This document shows, one piece after another, positions 11,626-23,764 of a DNA stretch of 25,999 nucleotides (within the stretch, counting starts at the first letter, position 1; each line of letters opens with the position of its first letter). A program made the translations under genes and the position numbers. This stretch comes from Lama guanicoe (lineage: Eukaryota): positions 377,496 to 403,494 of the forward strand of contig MU053416.1 of NCBI GenBank assembly GCA_013239625.1, given 5' to 3'. Under the pieces are notes generated by a model. The model made no database searches, had not been told where the DNA came from, and was given only the letters and a program-made list of their open reading frames with translations.

Positions 11626-11879
11626 CTGATTTTTTTTAAACTTTACTTTCTTAGTATTCAGAGGTTAGAGGCCTCTAATTCTTTTTCTGGAGAACTGTCT
11701 ATGATCCTGTTAAGCTATAATTAATGGACAAAACTTGCTTTATTAAAAAATCAATAGAATATTCTCCAATATATCCAAAAGGAAATGCTCATCGACATAA
11801 AAGTTTTCTCCTTTATGGTTATTTCTACTTTTTGGTCTAGCTTAATTTATTAACAGCCCTCCTCATCATCATAATGACC

Positions 11880-12062
11880 AAACTCGCTCTGAGTGGACGC
11901 CTAACTAAGGCTAAAGTGCTTTCCTCATGTTTTACTTCATAGCAGGTGTTTGAGGGTAGGTATCAGTGTCTCCTTTTTTGCAGCTGAGGGATTGAGAGAT
12001 GGGGCAGCTTGTCCCAAATCACACGCAGCTGGCGGTGGCAAGCTCAGGGCTGGAACCCAGGA
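11880..12062 (-). mobile_element. MIR SINE
   Basis: ccttttttgcagctgaggggattgag...cttgtcccaaatcacacgcagctggcggtggc...ggctggaacccagg is the antisense MIR core. Confidence 0.75.
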
Positions 12063-12539
12063 TGCACAGGATGCCTTTTCAATTGCTCCTCTAATCAGCC
12101 TCCTGTTGAGTGGTTTCCCAAACCCCTGTGAGTCCATAAATAACCGATTTTAGTGATCTCAGCATGATGAGGCCTTCAAAGGAGAGACACCAGTGAGAAT
12201 GTGAGACAGAGTGGCATAAATTAAAATTGTACATTTTCACAAATGTTTTATTCTCAGGCAATGACTTTGAATGTTAATATATTTTTTATTTTAGTGCTCT
12301 GTAAGCCCTAAAAACAAAACATTAAAAATAATTATAGTGCAAAATAGAAGTGGGCTTTGATAGCCCAACCTTTGCTAATAATGTTACTTGTTTTTCTCTA
12401 GTGGCCCTAATTGACAGAAATACTTACAAAGACTGAATTAAATTTATGTAGTCTTAGTATGGAAGAAAAGATTGACAGTGTATATTGTAAGTAAAATCTT
12501 TACTCTCTTCCTTCCTGATGATGAATATGTAAGTTGTTT

Positions 12540-12655
12540 TCATGGCTTAAGTACGTTTCCTCATTTGGGAAATTTGAGTAATATCATTTACCTTGTCTGA
12601 CTGTGAGTTAGACGCCTTATATACAAAGCACCCAAGAGGTGCTAAATAAAAATGT
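12540..12655 (+). mobile_element. MIR SINE fragment
   Basis: gtttcctcatttgggaaatttgagtaata...tacaaagcacc...ggtgctaaataaa. Confidence 0.55.
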
Positions 12656-13612
12656 GCTGTCACAATGACAGATATTTTAGAACTATCAACTCTGAATACT
12701 AAAAAGGGTGGCTTATTTCTGATGCATATTCAATATGTATATATATATGATATATATCCATATGGCTTAAAATACAAGTATTCATTATTTTTTTAGTGCA
12801 GTATGAAGTTTTAATGAAACCTGTATCATTCTAGTGAGACAGGAACTACTTAAATTGTCTTCAGCAGATGACTTTGAAGATTATTTACACAGAATGTGTA
12901 TTGTTACAACTCAGAATCCATGTTGCCGTTTAACCAACCACTCAGACATTTAAATTCGTGGGATTCTGACCAGATCCGTTAAGTTTAGTAAAATCCATAT
13001 TGATCATTTTCAGGGAATAAACTCCTCTATTTTGTGATTAAAGAAAATTTTGATTTTTTCTGCACTCTTAACAGGTTTAAAATATCAAAACATTGATTTG
13101 ACATGTCACTTTTTAATAGAATAACACTCATGCTGTTTTAATATGTAAATAAATGTTTTTGTATTTCAACAAACTTCTATGATTTCCTGGCTCTTTGAGA
13201 AGTATTTTGCAAGATACTCTGACTACCTAGTGTAGGAAAAATAGAGACGTGACTTTTATGAATATAATCCTAGTACAGATCTGCTGGTTTTTGCTACAGT
13301 GTAAGACATGAGGCCTAGAAGAGCTTTGTTGCCGATTGCCAGAAGGACAGATCCCAGGTCTCAGTCTCCCCTCCTGTAAGATGAAGTGGCTGGACTGTAT
13401 TCTTCCCTCTTCTAAGATGAGTTTCCCTGAGCCAATGTCTTTTGTTTATATTAAGGAGTATTAGCAATATCAGATTAAATACTGAATACCCAGCCCTTCC
13501 CCCAATCTAAGTGCAGTATGTACTACATAAGCTTTTATTTATCTGATTCTTGTTTCTGATCCTACAGGCAATTTTTATGTTGCATGTTTCCCGGCAACCT
13601 GGAAGGTTTTTT

Positions 13613-13631
13613 TAGCCATAGGTGGCGCTGT
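13613..13631 (+). promoter_or_regulatory. Candidate CTCF motif
   Basis: gccaTAGGTGGCGCTG matches the YAGRKGGCRS core. Motif only, no binding data. Confidence 0.4.
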
Positions 13632-13896
13632 TACACCTTCTTACAGTCTTAATTTTCCTGTTTGTAAAAGAATGCTTAAACAACCTGATTTTACTTTGAT
13701 TTCTTTGCTTACTGCTTCAGAATAGCACAATGTCCTTTATGTCTGTCTAACTGGAAAAATTATTCTTCTTACATCTTAGTTTTATTCTGTCATCTCGCTG
13801 TGAACATTTCAGACTTGCTGTGCAAACAATGGCAAAATCAGACTTTTCTTCAAGTGTTAGAAACCAGTGGAGCCGGGATTTTATAAAACAGCTAGA

Positions 13897-13912
13897 AGCG
13901 CCCTCTGGAGCA
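13897..13912 (-). promoter_or_regulatory. Candidate CTCF motif
   Basis: Reverse complement TGCTCCAGAGGGCGCT matches the CTCF core. Motif only. Confidence 0.45.
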
Positions 13913-14018
13913 CCTTAAAGCTGAAAAGTGTACTGAGCTCCCTGAGTATTGACCCCGCCGCTGTGTGTTAATTGGTGGGAGGTGATTTGGTGCATATACG
14001 AAAGTGTGTAGTTTTTTG

Positions 14019-14203
14019 ACCTGGGTTTGCGTGCACGTGCTGCCACTGAGCCACGTGAGCCTGAGTCAGTTCGTTCTGAGTTTTTCCCTCGTCTGTGAGA
14101 TGGGGACGCTCATATCTGCTTTGTAGAATTGTGAGAATTAGAAATTATGTAAAGTGTTTACCACAGTGGATATGTCAAGAGGGCCATAAACTTTAGCTGC
14201 TGT
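14019..14203 (+). mobile_element. MIR SINE
   Basis: acctgggttt...gccact...ccctcgtctgtgagatgggga...ttgtgagaattaga...atgtaaagtgttta. Confidence 0.7.
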
Positions 14204-15020
14204 TTTGTGTGAAGCCATCATTTTACAGTCTTTGGCAATTACTAAGAAACAGGAAAATAAGAAAAGCTGGTTTTATGATGAAAGATATTTGAGGAGGTTC
14301 CATAGTTCCTATACCCATAATTTAGCATCAGCAGAGTCAGAACTGTTACACAGTCGCCCTGAACCAACTTTAAGCCACAGAATTTTTTGTTACTTCATAT
14401 ATGTTAGGGCTAATGGGGATCCAATACTTATACACATGTTGTCTCCAGCAGCCATCTGAGAGATGGATGACACAAAAGACTAGGCAGGCGATAAATGTCT
14501 TCTTTGTTACTGATGAAGCTGCTTTCTCCATGAAATTCAGGGCTGTGGGAGAATGCGTGTCATGATACTGTGTCCCAGAAGAAGAGACTCACCCTGTCCC
14601 AGGTAGCTCTGGGCCACAGTGAGCCTTCCCTTGAGAGGATCTGCCCCATCATGCGCAGGGCTGTCCTGCCATGGAGCTGAGCATCCCGGGTGCTTCCCGA
14701 GGGTGGCCAACACTGGAGGGAAAGGAAGGGTTTCACATGCCCTGCTTGTCTCCCCGGACTCACACCTCACTCTGTTAGTGTGACAAGGGCTAGCTGTGGG
14801 CCAGTGGTCAGAGATGTGAAGGGAGAAGCACTCTCCATGGCCTAGAGGAGTAGGGAGGAGGCATCCCCTCCCTCAGCTTTAACAGGTGGTGGGATGGAAA
14901 AGAAGGGTGCTCCCCAAGAGTTTATAAAAGCAGAAATAAGGATTTTCTTTGGGATTTAGACTAGCCAGGAAACACAGAAGATGATAAGACAGGAGACTTG
15001 TAAATCACTTTAATATTCAG

Positions 15021-15245
15021 TTGACATTTGTTGAGCACCAAAAATGTGCTACATTCTTTTCTGAGAGTTTTACAGAAATGAATCCTTCAATCTTCTCAAC
15101 AAGCGAGTAATGAATGTTTGATTGTTATCCCAGTTTTACAATGTGGAAATTGAGGCACACAGAGGGTAAGTAAATTGGCCAAGGTCACAGATCTAGTAAG
15201 GGGCAGAGCTGGGATTTAAACCCTGGCTGTCTGGTTTTGAGGCTC
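15021..15245 (-). mobile_element. MIR SINE, near full length
   Basis: gttatcccagttttacaatgtggaaattgaggcacacagagggtaagtaaattggccaaggtcacag...ggcagagctgggatttaaaccctggctgtctg. Confidence 0.88.
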
Positions 15246-16673
15246 CCAGAATGGGCTTTGGGTGTTTAGAGGTATCTGCAGCTGTGGATCTCTGTACCTC
15301 TGTGCATCAGTTAGCCCAGAAAGGACAGGGAAAGGAGAGTTACACAGGTGCTAGTCATGTCTTCTGTCCACTAAGAGTGCACCGTGATTAGCGTTAATTG
15401 TTTTCCAGGCAGTAGATCTGTTCGTATAACAGAAATTTAGTCCATTGAGTTAATCTAGAAACCGTTCTTGCTCTGCTTCTGTCCATCCTTTCCATGTGAC
15501 TGCCTGCCTGTTATTGGGCTGTGGAGGAGAATATGTACTCATGGTTGAACTCTGATATTTCAGTCTGGTTCATAGATTCACGTCTTCTGTTACATTAATA
15601 AATTAAGTTTCTGGTTTTCTTGCATCAGTGTCTCATGAGTTTGGTTAATGTGAAACCAGTCCATGGGAGCCCAGGGGTGCTGACGGTATAATTTCTGAGC
15701 ACGTTGTGGCACTTGTACCCATGCAGACCTGCCTGGAGGATGTCCACCTTCCTCACTGATTTCTTGCAACAGCAGGGTCCTCTCCCTCCCTCGGATGTGA
15801 GGCTGGGAGCGGTCTGAATAGTCCAGTCAGAGGCCAGGTCCACCAATCAGAAAATGATGAAGTACCTGGAAGTGGGTTTAGTAGAAGAAAAGGGCTTCCA
15901 GGTTGTCCGATGGGCTGTTCGAGTGCATTTGGTGAAACGCTGTGCACTGTCTGTGGTTGAGCTACTTCATTACTGTTGAAAGATCTGGAGTAGATGAAGG
16001 GATATTATAAAGCAGAAAGGAGTGATTTCAGGTGGTACATCCACACCTGTGAGAAGTGATAGGTGACCGCCTGTGTGAGGCATAGTCAGAGTCTTACAAG
16101 CTTCATAAAGCAGCTTTAAAAGCTCTGCCATCTGAGTGCACTTCATAAGGGGTTCAGATCATCACTTGTCACGCTGAGAGGGCAAGTAACTGATGATGGC
16201 AGAAAGGACACGGGGGCATCAAAAAGGTCTCAGTCATGTTCCCTGTTTAAAGGATGCAGCACAGTGTAATATATTTGAGCTGGTTTTTCACTGAAAATTT
16301 TTAGTGCTTTCTGGGTCTCCCTAGTGCCCCAAGTTTCCATGCAGCTGGGTGTTCCCTCAGTGCATCTGTGTCAGTGCTTGTCCTGGGCTGATGTGGTGTC
16401 ACAGGGAGCAGGATTCGGTCAGCGTCCCCGGCTCCTCCAAACTCTGTCTCCTCATCCGCAGAGCAGGGTTTCTCATCCGTGTCTTCTTAATACGGTTGCT
16501 GAGAGTCACACGTGATGGTTATCAGGTGTGATTTGTGGTTGTCTCTGTGATTGGAATATAGTCAATATTTGATAGAAATACTTGTTTTATTATTATAATT
16601 GTGGCACCTAGATTACAGTGGTTTTTAGTCTGCATTTTTTATAACTTTATTCTTATTTTTAAATCTGCACTTA

Positions 16674-16769
16674 TTTTTATTTTTATTTTTGGAGGTACTG
16701 GGGACTGAAGTCAGGACATTGTGCATCCTAAGCAGGTGGTCTACAATGGAGTAATACCCACTCTCCTTG
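16674..16769 (-). mobile_element. tRNA-derived SINE, Vic-1-like, with TSD
   Basis: 10-bp TSD TCTGCACTTA (16664-16673 and 16770-16779). Reverse complement GGGTATTACTCCATTGTAGACCACCTGCTTAGGATGCACAATGTCCTGACTTCAGTCCCCAGTACCTCC followed by an (AAAAAT)n tail. Confidence 0.8.
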
Positions 16770-17629
16770 TCTGCACTTAAAAATAAATATTGCAATACAC
16801 AAAATAGCTCTTAAACACCAACATGGTATCTTGTCTCTGTATAGACATTTGAATATGTATACTATTTCAATAAGAATGAATGTTGTTGGGACATACCTTT
16901 CTGAATCTGTTAATGTGCTTAAAAATGATCATAGCTAGTGATAAACACAAGTCTTGGATCCAGTACTTCTTAGGGTGTGTTTTGTCATCATTAGAAATTA
17001 CATTCTATGGAGAAGGCTAATTGGGTCTCTTTGATATTTGGATGGTTTAGCAGATGATTAAGGCTTTCAAAAGCTGACCATTTTGTATTGTAAACTAACT
17101 GCAAAGTTATCTTCTAGAAGTTGGAAGTCCTAAGCTGGTGAAGTGCCCAGTAATTCAGGGGGTATGCGTCTATGTCTATGTCTCAGTGAATCTGTGTGTG
17201 TGATTTCAGGAAGGTAGAAATAAGTTCCATATAGCCTTCTGATACATTTCTCCTCCAGTTTAAGGTGTAGGCATATATTTACAGAAATAAACTGATATTC
17301 TTTTGACATTTGGCATATTAGTGGGAATACAAGGTTCTCATACTTGTTTCAGAAGGGTTGGGGAGCATGAGCTTAGAAAATGGGAGGAGAAAGGCAGGGA
17401 GGCACTTTACAATTTGTGCAGGATATGAGAAAAAGTAGCTTTTCTTTTTTCTTCAAAAGCAAACTGACACTGAATGGTAAAATTCTATTACTCAGAATTG
17501 CTTTTCTGATCAGGTACAAGTGCCTCAGATTTTTCAAGGCAACATGAATGATGAAATGTGTTTTAGCAGTTATCTTTAAAAGTAGTTTTATTTTTCAAGT
17601 AAAAGGCTACAGGCTGTACTTCCTTCCAG

Positions 17630-17656
17630 TGGTACAAGAAGTTCTCATTGATCCAG
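17630..17656 (+). pseudogene. TRAPPC9: TRAPPC9-like 27-nt microexon
   Basis: cttccttccAG|TGGTACAAGAAGTTCTCATTGATCCAG|GTACAT. Encodes (V)VQEVLIDP versus human (G)AQEVLIDP, phase 1-1. Confidence 0.88.
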
Positions 17657-20295
17657 GTACATGATTTATGTGCTTAGTTTCTTTGGGTTTTTTTTTAAGT
17701 GTTTATTTCATTTTGGTGTGAATGAATGTTTAAAATTTCTGGATTTTGATTTTTAGAACATGCTGATTTATCAGACCTGTTGAAACCTGATTGTTCTTTG
17801 GTCCTTGTTTGGTGGGGCTCCCTATTGATTTCTGTTGTCTGTTAAAGAGGGAAATTCTTCCTCTAGCCTGCAGATAATTAAGTGAATGGCTTCCAGTGTG
17901 CCTTTAAAATTCATTGAATGCATTGAGCATATTTGTCCAGTGAACATTGAATTTACTCATAGTAATAACTTTGCTTTGATTCTGTGGCTTTTTCTCCTCT
18001 CTACAAGAATTTGAATTCTCTGTTGCATTTTGTGTATGTGTTCTTCACAGGGGAAGAAATTTTGCATTTTTTACAGAGGTGGGTTTTCCTATCCCCTCTG
18101 AATGCCTTCTGTAATAAATACAGCAAAAATCTGTTATTACAGTGCTTAATTATTTCATAAACTATTTTTTGGCTTAATCAGATACAATGACAGAGTATAA
18201 AAATACGAAAACAGTCCTTCCTTTGAAGAGTAGAAATCAGGTGGTCAGTCTCACACATGCTTTGTGCCTGACACACTTACTCTCATGTCATTGTGTATCA
18301 TGATTCAGGAAAGGGGAGGTGTTCAGGTTTGTAGATTTTTGTTTTAAAATTTTTGTTGAATTCTTTCTCTAGGCTGATGTTTCCTGTTGGGTTTGTGGAA
18401 AGTGTACAACAAGGGAAACAAATGCTTTGTTTTGTTTTCAGGAGGCCTGAGTTGCTGATGAGAAAAGAGTTGAGGGTGGGCTGAGGAACAGAGTGACACT
18501 CCCTCTCCTCCCGGTGATAATTGGTGAACAATGAAATCAATTAGGAATATCGGTATTTGACCAATAGAATTCAGCAAGCCCAAAGTTGCTAGTTATGCCC
18601 AGTGGAAAGTACTGAATTCACCTGCAGAATTAGGTGCTTTACCAAGTAGAAGCAGCTTAGAGCAATCAGAAAAGTCAGTCCTATGGTGAGATATAAAAAG
18701 AATATAATATCTTTTATTTCTGAAACTTTTCTACGTTAAGTTGTGTAGAGCTAAAATTAAGTTTCAAGCACCAGGAGTTAAGAGTGTGGATGGTTCTGTA
18801 GGATCCTATTCACGGATGTGCCTAGACCCTGCTAGAGTGGCTTAAGCTGGCAGGAAAAGGCCCAGAGCCAGGATTTGCATTCCGAGGGTGGCCTCAATAA
18901 AGGTTCCATGTGGGAGCCCAAGATTGGGTTAACAAATTATAACAGACCACAGCCGCCTGTCAACTTTAAGAAGAAAAAATATGCTTAGTAACTGCTTTGC
19001 AAACACGGGCTTGTGCATACTCACTCCTGTCTCCTTGCCTGAAAAAGCAGAGACAATGCTTTGCTTGCATAATTGAGGTTTTAGATAGCAACTCTGCTCA
19101 TTGGAAAGCAAGGACCCAGGCCCTCAGCTATAAACGCTGGGCTTCAGTGTTGTTAGTCTATTATCCCCAAGACAAGGACCTCGTTGGTCGGGTGGTCTGC
19201 TTTTAATTAATATATCTACAGAATGTATCTTGTTCCCCTCACACCATGACTTCCCTAAAGATCCACAAAGCCTTTGTACTCATTTGGATTCTACAATCTC
19301 TATCTCATTCTGCCTTTCCCCAAGTTGCTGCTTACTATCACACAAATGTTAATGACTTTTTCCTTTGATTATACACAATAAATATGGGAGCATTTGAGTG
19401 GCTCATTGAGTTGGCCCCCTAATCCCCCTCTTGTTCTGTTATTTTTCCCACAGAGTACTGAGTAATTCATTCCGTGTTGGTAATACTTCTGCCAGCCAGA
19501 ACCCACAGTTCCAGGTGAGAAAGATGCAGGCTTTATCTCTCCTATCCAAGGGAGAGAGAGAAGAGAATTGAGATCTGCTCCCCTGTGGTCCCTTCCTGCC
19601 CAAGATCCACTCCATTTCACCTGCAGACTTCTGGCCTCTGATCACAGGGCCTCTTTCCCAGGACTGACCGCAGCCTTTTCTTCCCTTGTCAACATTTCCT
19701 GTGCCTTTCAGAAGTTGGTCTCTTGTCTGCAATTTAACTCTGGCTGATGTGATGGTGGTCAGCGTGCTGGTGGGCTGACACTTGGGGACTGCCAGGAGCC
19801 ATTCTGATTCCCCTGAGTCTCTCATTCGGGATTACAGAAATGTTGAGCACCGGAGGGAGCCCATTCACGTGAGGCCAACACAGCATTGCATCACTTTCAT
19901 TTTATTTTTGAATTTTCAGTGGAGAAATTATTTGTAGTGAACTGTTAAAGATTTTCAGCCACCTGCTTTCCTCACCACTATTTTCTTGTTGGCTCTGGTG
20001 CTTGTTTTAAGAACCAGGTTTTTTCTCTGGTCATTTCTAGCAGCTGGGCTTGCCAAATCCTTGATCTACATTTGAAGCAGAATGCTTCTTCATGATGTCA
20101 AACTGATTTTCCTATTTCTGAATATTTCGTGTGCACTCAGCAACTGTTTCAAGTGAAATGCTCCTGTCCAATTTTGGTTAACTCACATTTGCTGATCTCC
20201 TGCTTTCATGCTGAGGGCAGTTTCTTCTTCCTGTAATAAAAGTTAGCAATTTACATTTACTATGGGAAGGTACTTGCCCGAGGTGCTTTTGTTCT

Positions 20296-21310
20296 TAACA
20301 GTTTTAATACAATTCACCCATTAAAATGTACAGCGGTTGTTACTTAATGCCCAGAATTGTGCATCCCAGTCAATCTTAGAACACTTTCATCCCCCCAACA
20401 GGAAGCTCCGTATGCATAAGCAGTCATTCCCAACTTCCCCATCCTCCCCCAGCCCCAGGCAGACACTTTTCTCTCTCTGTCGATTGGCCTCTACTGGTCA
20501 TTTCATGTAAATGGAACGGTCTATTGTGACTGACTTCTTTCACACTGAGTAACTTTTTCAATGTTTGTCCAAGTTGTGGCCTGGGTCAGTACTCGATGCT
20601 TTGCTATTGCTGAATAATATTCCACTGTATGCCTGGGCCCCTCTATTTACTCATTCATCAGGTGATAGACATTAGTGTTGTTTCTGCTTTTTGGCTGTGA
20701 TGAGTAATGATGCCGTGAACATTCCTGTAGGAGTTTTTATGTTGACATTTGTTTTCAGTTCCCCTACGTGTGTGCTCAGGAAGCAGAATTGCTGGGTCAT
20801 TCAGAAACCAAATGTTCAAATCTCTGAGGACCTGCCAGGCTGTTTTCCAAAGTGGTCATGCTGCGTAACGTCCTCACCAACAACGGCTGTGCACTCCGCT
20901 TCCTCTGTGTCCTCATTAGTGCTTGTTACTCTTTTTTTAATTATAACCTATTGTGTGAGTGTGAAGTGGTTTCTCTTAGTGGTTTTGATTTCCCTTACAG
21001 CTAATGATATTGAACATCATTTCATTGTGCTTATTGGCCATTTGTATATTTTCCTTGAAAAATACCTTTTCAGATCCTTTATTTACTTTTTAATTGAGTT
21101 GCCTTTATTTTGTTGAGTTGTAGGATTTATTTTATATTTGGAGATACAAATTCCTAATCACATAAATGATTTGAAAAAATTTTCTCCTGTCTAATGTTTT
21201 TTCACTTTCTGGATATTGTCCACTGAAGCAAAGATTCAAATTTTGATGAACTCCAATTTATCTCTGTTTTCTTTGTTCCTTTTTTGGGGGGATAATATTT
21301 AAAATCTGAG
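20296..21310 (-). mobile_element. L1MB-type LINE-1 3' fragment (3'UTR plus end of ORF2)
   Basis: acaattcacccattaaaatgtaca, cagccccaggc, catttcatgtaaatggaa, ttgctgaataatattccactgtatg, and ctaatgatattgaacatc...cttattggccatttgtatat are antisense L1M motifs. Confidence 0.88.
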
Positions 21311-21339
21311 GTATTTTATTTAAGCTTTTATATATAAAA

Positions 21340-21515
21340 TAACTTAATTCTTATGACTGTTCTAGGAGACGGGTGCTGTTCTTGTCCCCTGTCTATGGAT
21401 AGGAGACTGATATGCAGAAATTTTCAATGATATATCTGTTTCACAGCTACCCACTACTGTGGGAGTTCAGACCGTCATGTTTGTCCCCAGCATCTGTGCT
21501 CTTCACCACCATGCT
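21340..21515 (-). mobile_element. MIR SINE fragment
   Basis: tgtcccctgtctatggataggagactga...tcacagcta...ctgtgctcttcaccaccatgc. Confidence 0.55.
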
Positions 21516-21863
21516 CCACTCCTTCCTGGAATCGTTAATGAAAAACTGTTTCCTTTTTTGATTTCTTGTTAGTCTGTTTTCTCATTGGGGATCTCATCTC
21601 CTAATTTTCCTTGCAGAGATCAGTGTAGGTTTATTTTTAGGTCTCATGTAGTCAGAAGCATTGCTATCAGTTAACTTCTTTATTCCTCACTCTCCAGTGA
21701 TGATTGTTGCTAGTTGACCTAATCAAGTCATGCTTAAGTCTTTCCTGCTCATGACACTAAAAGCAGAGTCATGATTTACAGAATGCTCAAAGAAGAAAGT
21801 ACTTGATTGATTTTATTTTGCTAACCAATCAAACCAATCAAATAAAAACCCCGGTGTTGACAC

Positions 21864-21985
21864 AGATTATAAGCCCTCCACTATAGGGTCACTGTCTTCT
21901 TGTGTTTCATTTGTTTGGTTACAGTGTCTGGATAGTGCCTTGCTGCCCAGCAGTTTTGTTAGGATACGGTGCTCGTGAATCATTG
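21864..21985 (+). mobile_element. L2 3' tail fragment
   Basis: agattataagccctc...agggtcactgtcttcttg...cagtgtctggatagtgcct...ggtgctc. Confidence 0.55.
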
Positions 21986-22914
21986 TAAGGACAGAATTTT
22001 GACAACAGACTGTGTTGTTCATTTCACGAGGGAAAAGATCATATAGAAATACTACTCAGATCTATTTTAAAATTAAGCTTGGAATTTTGAGAGGAGTTCA
22101 AGAAACCATAGAATGATCTATTCCACTAATTTTAGATCTATCTTAGACACATTATGGTTACATAGCAGAGTAACGTATCAACTAGATTTGACAAGAGGAG
22201 TGTATTATTATTTGTTTTAGTTGAAATATTCTACCTGGGATAAAGTAACCAGTGCCCATAAATGAACAAATATGTTTGTATTTCTATGTAACATGGGAAC
22301 AGACTATATATGTTGCTATATAATATATATGACTGTGTTTTAATCTCTCTGTCAGTGTTTTTATAGTTTTTCAGCAATGTTGTAACTTTAGAATTCTTCT
22401 AAGAAAATCACCCCCAATTCTAGTGCAGTTTGTACTGTGTATCCTGTCTTATGCATGGGATTCCACTGTCCCCTCAGTGAGGAATTTCCTCTCCTATTGG
22501 GTCAGTAGCAGATTTAAAGGAACTGTGAATTCTCTCTCCATGTGTTTGCAGTTGGCTGTCAATCACGATTTTCCCTTTCTTGAGTTTTCATTGTTTAATT
22601 AGAATTTTTGAAAATTACTATTAGTATGTTGCATCGGTCTCCCTAGAAACTTGATGTGTTTGTGCTTTTCAGTTTTCAGTTTATGAAAAATGGAAATGCA
22701 CTCTTGTTTTTAAGTAGTTCTTTTACACTAGGTATTTGTTCACCTCTTTATAGTTAAAATATATTTTTCCAATGAATGAATCGGTGTGTATGTTTTAAAA
22801 CATATCTTGCTTTTATTTTTCTTATTGTAACAGTTATATTCATTGTAGAGAATTTAGAAAATAAGGATAAACATAATAATAACTTAATAATGGCCTCTAA
22901 TCTCACCTGGACAT

Positions 22915-23205
22915 ACAGTTGTAACGTTTGAATTTGAGAATTACAAGTCCTCTCAAGTTGTTCTTTTTTTTAAGTACGTTTTGGTTACTGAGACCCTCGA
23001 ATTCCCATATGAATTGTAGCAGCAGCTAGTCAGTTTCTGCAGAGGAGCCCCCTGGGATTGTGATCGAAACCACATTGTTTATATGAATTGCTCTAGGGAG
23101 CACTGCCATTCCAAGAGCGCTGTCTTCTGATCCAGGAATCTGCATGATGTGTCTGTCCAGGTATTTAGGTCTTCTTTAATTTTTTTTCAACAATGCGTTG
23201 AGTTG
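22915..23205 (-). mobile_element. Old L1M ORF2 fragment
   Basis: ttcccatatgaatt...gtcagtttctgc...ctgggattgtgat...gtcttctgatcca...tatttaggtcttctttaattt...tcaacaatg match antisense L1M ORF2. Confidence 0.8.
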
Positions 23206-23711
23206 ACATAGTATTATTTTACTTTTTTTTCTTTGCCTTTATACTGAGGAGAAGTGTGCAAGGTACTGGGATCAGAAGTGTATTTGAGCCCCGCCACTTG
23301 CTGCCACCATAGTCTCTGCACTCTTGCTTCACCCTCTATACAATCTTGCACAAAATAGGACCTCAGTAACTCTCGAATGAATGATAAAATGATTGTTGGA
23401 TGATGCTTGAGAGCCTTTGTGATGATGTCTTATTCCTAGCCTTTCCCTTCTCCTTAACTATGCCCTTTCTCTTCCTAAACTCCAGCCTGGGTTTCAGCCT
23501 ACCTGTGGCATTGATTTTCCATGTCTGTAGACTCTTTCATTCACTGGATCACGATAATGGTACATGTGGGCTGTGGAAACTTGCTAGATGTCAAGAAAGA
23601 GCAAATCCATTGCATGGCAGCATTTTTAGATTGTGGTATTCTTTTATCGATTCAAATTAAATCAGGCTGACCCCCTGAGCTCTCCCATGAGCTCTTTTCG
23701 CCTTCCTACAG

Positions 23712-23764
23712 GTGATACTGCTCTGGTTGCTGCATGTGCCCTTCACCCAGCCTTGGTTTTCGAG
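23712..23764 (+). other. Candidate internal exon (53 nt, or 57 nt with the +4 donor)
   Basis: ctcttttcgccttcctacAG|G acceptor and GAG|GTGAGT donor overlapping a second GA|GTAAGT. Open in the frame that follows the microexon. Confidence 0.35.

Larger units (their letters stand above)
139..17656 (+). pseudogene. TRAPPC9: Unprocessed (intron-containing) TRAPPC9/NIBP-like pseudogene, 5' portion
   Basis: Three colinear exons translate to TRAPPC9 N-terminal sequence: [12 protein letters not shown]...[19 protein letters not shown]...DFLWLG and VQEVLIDP. Each is flanked by AG/GT. Frameshifts and a stop in the first coding exon disable the ORF. Confidence 0.92.

Noticed and set aside
16691..16765. 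Possible tRNA gene on the minus strand
   Set aside because: The A and B boxes are degenerate, and the A-rich tail and TSD indicate a SINE.
18051..18078. Possible 28-nt exon (cacAG ... GAG|GTGGGT)
   Set aside because: No TRAPPC9 homology, not a multiple of 3, and only moderate signals of a kind common in introns.
20691..21116. 141-aa hydrophobic ORF
   Set aside because: It is an antisense reading of an L1MB fragment, a common spurious membrane-like ORF.
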